Positions 1-5,987 of a stretch of 10,502 nt of DNA are shown in pieces. Within the stretch, counting starts at the first letter, position 1, and each line of letters opens with the position of its first letter. Below the pieces are notes generated by a model. That model was not told where the DNA came from, ran no database searches, and worked only from the letters and a program-made list of their open reading frames with translations. The position numbers were made by a program, and so were the translations under genes. The stretch lies in NCBI GenBank assembly GCA_046484245.1, contig JAWOBN010000048.1, forward strand, positions 1-10,502. The letters run 5' to 3'. The DNA is from a bacterium. Its GTDB lineage: Bacteria; Hydrothermota; 32-111.

Positions 1-1
1 A

Positions 2-679
2 GTGGACATATGGGTCAGAGGTCAGGACGCCTCACCATCCAAATCACCGAGCAACTGGGGCAGTGCAGAGTCAACGACAATAGAGATATTGAATACAAAA
101 CAGTACACAGGTGTAAAGCTTGCTGCATTCACAGCAGATGCGCACAGCGGATTTGTCACACTGAACTGGAAGACACAGCTGGAAGACAACAATGCATACT
201 TCATAGTTGAAAAGGCAACAGACAGCGAGTTCAAGGAAGTAGGCAGAGTCAATGCATCAGGCGATCGCACTTATTCATTCACTGATGAGAATGTGTTCGG
301 CGGTGAGGAGTATTTCTACCGCCTCACTGATGTCTCACTTTCAGGTGAGAAGGTCTCGCATCCTGCAATCAAGGTGCTTGCTAACGGCAAACCGAGACCC
401 ACAGTATTCTCACTTGCCAGGAATTTCCCCAATCCGTTTACAGGAAATACAGTGATTGAATACTCAATTCCCACAGAGACGAATGTCAAGCTTGCCATAT
501 ACGATGTGACAGGTAAGGAAGTAAGGACTCTTGTCAATGACATGCAGGGTGTCAATTATTACAGGACAGCCTGGAATGGCAGAGACAATAACGGCAATGC
601 AGTTGCATCCGGTGTTTACTTCTACAAGCTCACAGCAGGCGAGTTCAATAAATCAATGAAGATGATGTATCTCAAGTAA
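2..679 (+). CDS. 5'-truncated secreted protein with an Ig/FN3-like domain and a C-terminal T9SS type A-like / FlgD-Ig sorting domain
   Basis: The frame is open from the window edge, so the GTG at 2 is probably not the real start. The segment VKLAAFTA...VTLNWKT...YSFTD...YFYRL is typical of the Ig-like module found before such CTDs. The tail FSLARNFPNPF...IEYSIP...VKLAIYDVTGKEVRTLV...WNGRDNNGNAVASGVYFYKL...KMMYLK is a classic CTD/FlgD-Ig signature. Stop TAA at 677-679. Confidence 0.88.
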   Translation: MDIWVRGQDASPSKSPSNWGSAESTTIEILNTKQYTGVKLAAFTADAHSGFVTLNWKTQLEDNNAYFIVEKATDSEFKEVGRVNASGDRTYSFTDENVFGGEEYFYRLTDVSLSGEKVSHPAIKVLANGKPRPTVFSLARNFPNPFTGNTVIEYSIPTETNVKLAIYDVTGKEVRTLVNDMQGVNYYRTAWNGRDNNGNAVASGVYFYKLTAGEFNKSMKMMYLK

Positions 680-700
680 GATACTCAGTTCATTGAGATA

Positions 701-737
701 AATAAAAAAGCCCCTCTTTTGAGGGGCTTTTTTTATT
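701..737 (+). terminator. Rho-independent terminator, probably bidirectional
   Basis: AATAAAAAAGCCCCTC-TTTT-GAGGGGCTTTTTTTATT: GC-rich stem GCCCCTC/GAGGGGC with a 4-nt loop, a T7 tract downstream and an A6 tract upstream. It begins 21 nt after the stop codon of the first gene. Confidence 0.93.
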
Positions 738-752
738 GCCTATTAACACCTC

Positions 753-768
753 TCCAATTCCCGGGGAC
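753..768 (+). repeat. Third, partial copy of the CCCGGGGAC-tagged repeat end
   Basis: TCCAATTCCCGGGGAC is the exact reverse complement of 1236-1251 (16/16) and matches 1094-1109 at 15/16 in direct orientation. Confidence 0.85.
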
Positions 769-890
769 GTTCCTTTATAATGTAGAAACTACAAATTCAT
801 CCCCAAAAGATTATCCATAAATACTTATTCCCTTTTTAGTCCAATGTACTCTAATCACTAGATCTGTTATATTCTCTTATAAATTTGCTT

Positions 891-1025
891 TACCTTTTGG
901 TATGCAGGTGTGAACAAGGAGAAATATTTATTACAGAGGTTCTTTCATTATATGCTGGATTATGGATGTTATGAATTGCAAGAATCTTGATAATTGCTTA
1001 TATTCTGCCGGATTATCATAATTTC
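891..1025 (+). pseudogene. Possible heavily decayed 5' fragment of an HUH/Y1 (RAYT/TnpA-REP-like) transposase
   Basis: Fragments in different frames occur in the expected order: YLLVCR (891-908), GVNKEK (907-924), IF (924-929), LQRFF (931-945), LIIAYILPDYH (987-1019). They loosely resemble the RAYT N-terminus YH..CRG.N...IF....Y.RFL....IIAYCLMP.H.H. The reading needs frameshifts and crosses a stop, and there is no intact HUH motif. Recognised by eye only. Confidence 0.25.
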
Positions 1026-1093
1026 TGAGTAATATGCATCGTAAATCTAATTTCAACATCTGTCCCTTTACCCTTATTTTGTCAAAACCACCC

Positions 1094-1251
1094 TCCAAAT
1101 CCCGGGGACAGCCTTTGCGATTCAAGCAATTTCTGGCCTGCTATTTATTAACTTACATTGATGTTCTAATTAAGTGACGTTAATTATACACTTAAAAAAT
1201 TATAATTTTGTCAATTTGCTCAAATCGCAAGGGCTGTCCCCGGGAATTGGA
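1094..1251. mobile_element. 158-bp MITE/REPIN-like element with 39-bp terminal inverted repeats
   Basis: Left arm 1094-1132 is TCCAAATCCCGGGGACAGCCTTTGCGATTCAAGCAATTT. The reverse complement of the right arm 1213-1251 is TCCAATTCCCGGGGACAGCCCTTGCGATTTGAGCAAATT. They are 34/39 identical without gaps and enclose an 80-bp AT-rich core. No target-site duplication seen. The inverted repeat is certain; mobility is inferred. Confidence 0.6.
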
Positions 1252-1337
1252 CAGAATGTTATGTAATTGAATAAATAACAGGGGTTAGAGCGTGTATGCA
1301 GCTGTTTTACGGTTTGCTCTCTAATATTTCAAATTTC

Positions 1338-1485
1338 GTCCATTGAGAAGTCATCTTTATTTTATTCTGTATCTCTTTTTACCAACTCTTTTGGAGAAGA
1401 ACCAATCTTTTTTATATTAGTCGCTTGAGAATCCTTCTTTCATTTATCTTATATCTCTATTTAGCAACTCTTTTGGGGAAGAACC
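1338..1485. repeat. Tandem direct repeat: two 66-bp copies at an 82-bp period
   Basis: 1338-1403 and 1420-1485 align without gaps at 53/66 identity. The best-conserved part is CAACTCTTTTGGRGAAGAACC (1383-1403 vs 1465-1485, 20/21). Confidence 0.88.
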
Positions 1486-1517
1486 TTAATAATCAGCTAA
1501 ATAATATTCATTTGTTA

Positions 1518-1546
1518 TTGATTTAATGCCTTTATTTAACTATAAT
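1518..1546 (+). promoter_or_regulatory. Sigma70-type promoter for the lemA operon
   Basis: TTGATT (1518-1523), a 17-bp spacer, then a perfect TATAAT (1541-1546). The upstream region is AT-rich. Predicted TSS is about 1553. Confidence 0.75.
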
Positions 1547-1557
1547 CAGATAAATGC

Positions 1558-1564
1558 AAGGAGG
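1558..1564 (+). promoter_or_regulatory. Shine-Dalgarno sequence of lemA
   Basis: AAGGAGG followed by CAAA and the ATG at 1569. Confidence 0.75.
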
Positions 1565-1568
1565 CAAA

Positions 1569-2123
1569 ATGATTGCAGGAATAATTATAGGTGTACTGGC
1601 AATGATTGTTGTAATTTGGTTCATAGCCACATACAATGGTCTTATCAGGGTGAAGAATATTGTAAACAATGCATGGTCACAGATAGATGTGCAGCTCAAA
1701 CGGAGGTATGATCTGATACCCAATCTGGTGGAGACAGTGAAGGATTATATGGAGTATGAGCAGGAGACCCTGACAGCAGTGACAAAGGCAAGGAATATGG
1801 CTATGAATGCAGGGGGTGTCAAGGAGCAGGCACAGGCAGAGAATATGCTGACAGGAGCCCTCAAATCCCTCTTTGCAGTTGTTGAGAATTATCCGGACCT
1901 CAAGGCAAATGAGAATGTGATGCAGCTTCAGGAGGAACTCACTTCAACAGAGAATAAGATATCCTATGCAAGGCAGTTCTACAATGACTCTGTGATGCGT
2001 TTCAATACAATGACAGAGGTCTTCCCCACAAACATTATTGCCGGAATGTTCAATTTCACCAAGAGGGAGTTCTTTGAGATACCTGAAGAAGAGCGGGAAG
2101 CCCCCAAAGTCAATCTGAGGTAG
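1569..2123 (+). CDS. lemA: LemA family membrane protein (184 aa from ATG 1569; 189 aa if started at 1554)
   Basis: Single N-terminal TM helix, then the hallmark LemA motifs YNGLIR...NAWSQIDVQLKRRYDLIPNLVETVK, AVVENYPDLKANEN, LQEELTSTENKISYARQFYND and FPTNIIAGMFNF. Start moved to 1569 on the basis of the SD sequence. Confidence 0.96.
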   Translation: MIAGIIIGVLAMIVVIWFIATYNGLIRVKNIVNNAWSQIDVQLKRRYDLIPNLVETVKDYMEYEQETLTAVTKARNMAMNAGGVKEQAQAENMLTGALKSLFAVVENYPDLKANENVMQLQEELTSTENKISYARQFYNDSVMRFNTMTEVFPTNIIAGMFNFTKREFFEIPEEEREAPKVNLR

Positions 2124-2124
2124 G

Positions 2125-3132
2125 ATGGCTTTAATATGCAGCAGATGCGGATACTATAATTCCCGTATCAGAAAAACCTGTGCTCTATGCAATGAACCCC
2201 TCAGGGATAATGCTGCTCCGGCTGAGAGAAGATACTCATTCTATGATATACAGGCATCAAACAGGAGGAAGTCAATTCTTCTTATTGTACTGCTTTCATC
2301 AATACTCCTTCTTATAGGATATGGTGCAGGACTCTACTTCGGGAATACATACTATGGTCTTGCCATTGCACTGGGTATTGCCCTGATACTCAATTTTACT
2401 GCCTACAGAGGCGGCAAGGCAATTGTCCTGAAAACAGCAGGAGCTGTAAAAGCAGACAGCAATGAGCACAGACAGCTTATCAATATTGTTGAGGAGATGT
2501 CTATTGCTGCAGGCATAAGAATGCCCGAGGTCTATGTTATCAAGACCAATGCAATGAATGCATTTGCCACAGGCAAGAGCCCGGATGACAGTGCAATTGC
2601 AGTTACAACAGGATTGATTGACCGTCTCAGCAGGGATGAACTGACAGGTGTTATTGCCCATGAGATGAGTCATGTGAAGAATATGGATATACGCTTTGCC
2701 ATGTATGCCGGTGTATTGGTGGGGTCCATAATAATTTTAAGTGATATGATCCTGAGATTCATATGGCTCGGTTCAGGAAGAAGGCGGAGGAATGAAGGCG
2801 GAGGCGGTATAATGATCATTGTCATAATAGTACTTGCAGTCATTGCCCCATTGCTCAGCAAGCTCATTCAGATGTCTGTATCACGGAAGAGGGAGCTCCT
2901 TGCTGACAGCAGTGCAGCAGAACTCACGCGTAATCCCGGTGTACTTGCAGATGCATTGGAGAAGATAGCACTCTCATTTGAAAATAAAGAAACAAAGATG
3001 AAAAAGCCCTCCAGGGCACTACAGCATATGTATATACTTAACCCCCTTCAGAAAGCCGGTGAAAAATCCGGGGGACTCTTTTCAACCCATCCGCCGGCGG
3101 TTTCAAGAATAAGAATACTGAGGAGCATGTAA
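2125..3132 (+). CDS. htpX: HtpX-type M48 zinc metalloprotease with an N-terminal C4 zinc-finger extension
   Basis: Two N-terminal TM helices, NAFATG, IAVTTGL, the zinc motif HEMSH (2659-2673), SRKRELLAD (third zinc ligand E) and a C-terminal FSTHPP...RI. The lemA-htpX pairing is a well-known gene neighbourhood. Confidence 0.94.
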   Translation: MALICSRCGYYNSRIRKTCALCNEPLRDNAAPAERRYSFYDIQASNRRKSILLIVLLSSILLLIGYGAGLYFGNTYYGLAIALGIALILNFTAYRGGKAIVLKTAGAVKADSNEHRQLINIVEEMSIAAGIRMPEVYVIKTNAMNAFATGKSPDDSAIAVTTGLIDRLSRDELTGVIAHEMSHVKNMDIRFAMYAGVLVGSIIILSDMILRFIWLGSGRRRRNEGGGGIMIIVIIVLAVIAPLLSKLIQMSVSRKRELLADSSAAELTRNPGVLADALEKIALSFENKETKMKKPSRALQHMYILNPLQKAGEKSGGLFSTHPPAVSRIRILRSM

Positions 3133-4103
3133 TGCCCCGGACACTTGCTGTTATTCTCAATTACAATGGTGCAGTAAATACAGGCAGCTCATATCTGCAG
3201 TGCATTGATTCCCTGATAAATCAATCAGTAAAAACCGGTATTCTGATAATTGACAATCATTCATCTGATAATTCCATTGAGACAATTCGCTCACAATTCC
3301 CCCATATTGATATAATAGTGAACAAGACCAATATGGGTACAGCAGGGTATAATACCGGTATTGAGTATTTTACCTGTCATGATTATGATTATATGCTTCT
3401 CTCCAATAATGATATGGTTTACAGGAATGATTTTATTGAATATATGACAGAGAGTATGGCTGAATTGAATAATGCCGCTGTACTGACACCACTGATGCTT
3501 ATGAAAGACAGAAAGACAGTGAATTCAACAGGCATTATCATGAACAGGAGCGGTTATGCCTGGGACAGGGATTTTGGAAGGAATGTCCGTGATATTGACA
3601 GACCCCCCGGTGAAGTGATATTTGCAACAGGCGGAGCAATGTTCCTGGACAGGAGTGCGGCAAATGCAGCAGGTCTGTTTGACCCTCTCTATTTTGCCTA
3701 TTATGAAGATAATGATTACTGTATGACAGTAAGATTAAAAACAGGAAGAAGAATATATTTTATCCCCAATGCTGTATGTTATCATGATTTTTCCGCATCA
3801 TGGTCAAGGAAGCAGAAAGAGAAGGATTATCTGCTTAACAGAAACAGATTTATATTTGTTCTCAAGTTCTTCCCATTAAAGCATATGTTCAATGCATTGC
3901 GGCATCTTTATTTCACAAAGCATATATCAGGTATGAGGGGAAGGATAATATTTGATTTATTCTCAAAATTGCCTATGATTATAGTAAGAAGATTGAAGTA
4001 TATGAAATACAGTAAAGAGTTTCCTCATGAACTTATGGAGGATTATCACGGTATGCCGAGAATGCAGTTTGCTGTATCAAACAAAGAGTCATTGGAGGAA
4101 TAA
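3132..4103 (+). CDS. Glycosyltransferase family 2 protein (GT2 / WbbL-like)
   Basis: Motifs VILNYNG, IIDNHSSDNS, NMGTAGYNTG, LLSNND, ATGGAMFL, GLFDPLYFAYYEDNDYC and NRNR. TAATG overlap with htpX. Substrate unknown. Confidence 0.92.
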   Translation: MPRTLAVILNYNGAVNTGSSYLQCIDSLINQSVKTGILIIDNHSSDNSIETIRSQFPHIDIIVNKTNMGTAGYNTGIEYFTCHDYDYMLLSNNDMVYRNDFIEYMTESMAELNNAAVLTPLMLMKDRKTVNSTGIIMNRSGYAWDRDFGRNVRDIDRPPGEVIFATGGAMFLDRSAANAAGLFDPLYFAYYEDNDYCMTVRLKTGRRIYFIPNAVCYHDFSASWSRKQKEKDYLLNRNRFIFVLKFFPLKHMFNALRHLYFTKHISGMRGRIIFDLFSKLPMIIVRRLKYMKYSKEFPHELMEDYHGMPRMQFAVSNKESLEE

Positions 4104-4105
4104 TA

Positions 4106-5974
4106 ATGAAAAGAATATTATTGATACTGCTCGTATTATCATCACTGATGCTTACGGGCTCTGAATTTATCAGAGACCGGGCTGAACCGGTTATACATCA
4201 CAGCCTTATAAATACCAAAGGCAGCAGTAAGGTGTGGATACTGTTTACTGATAAGGGTATTTACTCAAAAGATGAGATGCAGCAGTTCATTGATGCGCAT
4301 AATACGGGTATTACGCCCAGAGCATTTACAAGAAGACGCATGAGGGGCAGACCGGGTATGACATACAGTGATATACCTGTCAATAGAAATTATATAGATG
4401 AGCTTGCCGGTATCGGCATTATCCCTTTGAGGGAGTCCAAATGGCTCAATGGTGTATCTGCCCGGGTCTCTTCAGAGCAACTCAGTCAGCTGAGGAGCAA
4501 GAAATTCATATATAAGGTAAGACCTGTTGCAGGTTTTACAGGGAGCAGAGACCTTGAATCAGTTGAGAAAAAACTGCCCAAGGATGCCAAGGATGATTCC
4601 ACAGACAATATATACAATTACGGCAATGCTTCAAGATTTCAGATTGAACAGGTCTTTGTCAATAAACTGCACAACAGGGGATATACAGGCAGGGATGTAA
4701 TGATAGGACTGTTTGATACAGGTGTGAAGGTTAAAGAAGAGGACGGCAGATGGGTCGGCACACACGAGGCACTGAAGAATATTAATATTGTCTATACATA
4801 CTCATTTGTTGATGACACGGATTATGTGGGAATGCTGGAACCGACTGATTATGAACTGAATCAAGTTAGACACGGAACAAATATGCTGGGACTGATAGGC
4901 GCATATAAAGCAGGAGCCCTGGTGAGTCCTGCATTCGGAGCTGACTATATGCTCTTTGAAACAGAAAATGCCGATCCTGATATTGAAAACAGAACTGAAG
5001 AGGACAATTGGATAAGGGCTGCAGAGGTTGCAGAGAGTCTCGGTGTGGACATCATATCCTCATCACTGGGATACAAGGAATGGTATCCCTATTCATACAT
5101 GACAGGTGATTCATGCCTCATTTCCATTGCAGCAGATATTGCAGCTTCAAAGGGTGTGCTTGTTGTCAATGCAATGGGCAATATCAGAGAGAATATAGAC
5201 AGGCCTGATACATCAATTATAGCTCCTGCTGATGCTGATTCCATAATATCCGTGGGGGGTGTTGATGACTATAATACACTGTCTCCCATCAGTGCTACAG
5301 GTCCCACATATGACAGGTATATGTATATGGATACAACTGCACTGGACACAATGCCGGACGGATGGCGTATCAAGCCCGAAGTGCTCGCACTCTCCGACCA
5401 TCCCTACACAGTTGTTGAGTATAATGACTCAATTTTTAATTTTGTCAGGGGCACATCCGGTGCAACAGCTATTATTGCAGGAGGATGCGCATTGCTCCTT
5501 CAGGCTCATCCGCAGTGGAGCCCCATGGATGTGAGGAATGCATTGACATCAACTGCATATCCCCCATTCATATCTCAGATTGACTCTACTTACTGGGATA
5601 CTCCCAATGATACTGTGGGATTCGGTATTGCTGATTTTGAAAGTGCTTTGATGTTTGCTGACAGTGAGGAGATTGTGGATATTGAAAATGATGAGATGCT
5701 CGCTATCTATCCCAATCCTGCAAGCATTGAATCAGGATATGCCTATATACCATTTAAATTGATACACAGGATAATGAATCTCAAACTGGATATATATACA
5801 TTGACAGGTAAGAAGATATATCATGAGGAGAGGGAGGATCTCCTGCCCGGGGTATACACCGGTTCTGAGGGTTTTGTCTGGGATATCACTAGTTCTGTAA
5901 GCCCGGGCACATATGTTGTCATATTTGATTCGCGGTTTGTTAAGGATATTAAGAAAATAACGGTTATACCCTAA
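4106..5974 (+). CDS. Secreted subtilisin-like S8 serine peptidase with prodomain and CTD-like C-terminus
   Basis: Signal peptide MKRILLILLVLSSLMLTG; prodomain motifs VWILFTDKG, DIPVNRNYI and SKWLNGVS; catalytic D (FDTG), H (HGT) and S (GTSGAT); oxyanion N (NAMGN). The C-terminus IYPNP...DIYTLTGKKI...WD...PGTYVV...KKITVIP resembles a T9SS-type sorting domain. Confidence 0.93.
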   Translation: MKRILLILLVLSSLMLTGSEFIRDRAEPVIHHSLINTKGSSKVWILFTDKGIYSKDEMQQFIDAHNTGITPRAFTRRRMRGRPGMTYSDIPVNRNYIDELAGIGIIPLRESKWLNGVSARVSSEQLSQLRSKKFIYKVRPVAGFTGSRDLESVEKKLPKDAKDDSTDNIYNYGNASRFQIEQVFVNKLHNRGYTGRDVMIGLFDTGVKVKEEDGRWVGTHEALKNINIVYTYSFVDDTDYVGMLEPTDYELNQVRHGTNMLGLIGAYKAGALVSPAFGADYMLFETENADPDIENRTEEDNWIRAAEVAESLGVDIISSSLGYKEWYPYSYMTGDSCLISIAADIAASKGVLVVNAMGNIRENIDRPDTSIIAPADADSIISVGGVDDYNTLSPISATGPTYDRYMYMDTTALDTMPDGWRIKPEVLALSDHPYTVVEYNDSIFNFVRGTSGATAIIAGGCALLLQAHPQWSPMDVRNALTSTAYPPFISQIDSTYWDTPNDTVGFGIADFESALMFADSEEIVDIENDEMLAIYPNPASIESGYAYIPFKLIHRIMNLKLDIYTLTGKKIYHEEREDLLPGVYTGSEGFVWDITSSVSPGTYVVIFDSRFVKDIKKITVIP

Positions 5975-5987
5975 TAGCGGAGGATAT

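Noticed and set aside
10..555. Short alternative-frame and antisense ORFs (10-210, 22-270, 252-455, 316-555)
   Set aside because: All lie within the well-supported CTD protein gene and show no motifs.
667..700. Small inverted repeats around the first stop codon (GTATCT/AGATAC and TATCTCAA/TTGAGATA)
   Set aside because: The 6-8-bp AT-rich stems are weak and plausibly chance. The real terminator follows at 701-737.
931..1125. 64-aa minus-strand ORF in the intergenic region
   Set aside because: TTG start inside an inverted-repeat arm, no SD sequence and no recognisable motif. Probably spurious.
1076..1214. 10-bp direct repeat ATTTTGTCAA (1076-1085 and 1205-1214) as a target-site duplication
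   Set aside because: One copy lies inside the inverted-repeat element instead of flanking it, so the geometry does not fit a TSD. The sequence is also AT-rich.
1338..1485. Mini CRISPR array interpretation of the two direct repeats
   Set aside because: There are only two copies, similarity extends through what would be the spacer (66 of 82 bp), the unique interval is only 16 bp, and there are no cas genes in the window.
1338..1485. Tandem riboswitch, such as glycine
   Set aside because: The conserved aptamer motifs and GC-paired stems are missing, and the repeat lies upstream of the predicted lemA TSS.
680..1553. tRNA, rRNA, intact IS, integron attC or defence gene in the intergenic region
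   Set aside because: No cloverleaf, rRNA-like sequence, intact transposase or long ORF was found. The hairpin ends lack the RYYYAAC/GTTRRRY core sites of attC.
4578..4595. 9-bp tandem repeat CCAAGGATG x2 in the S8 gene
   Set aside because: An in-frame two-copy duplication in the prodomain linker (PKDAKD), with no sign of phase variation.
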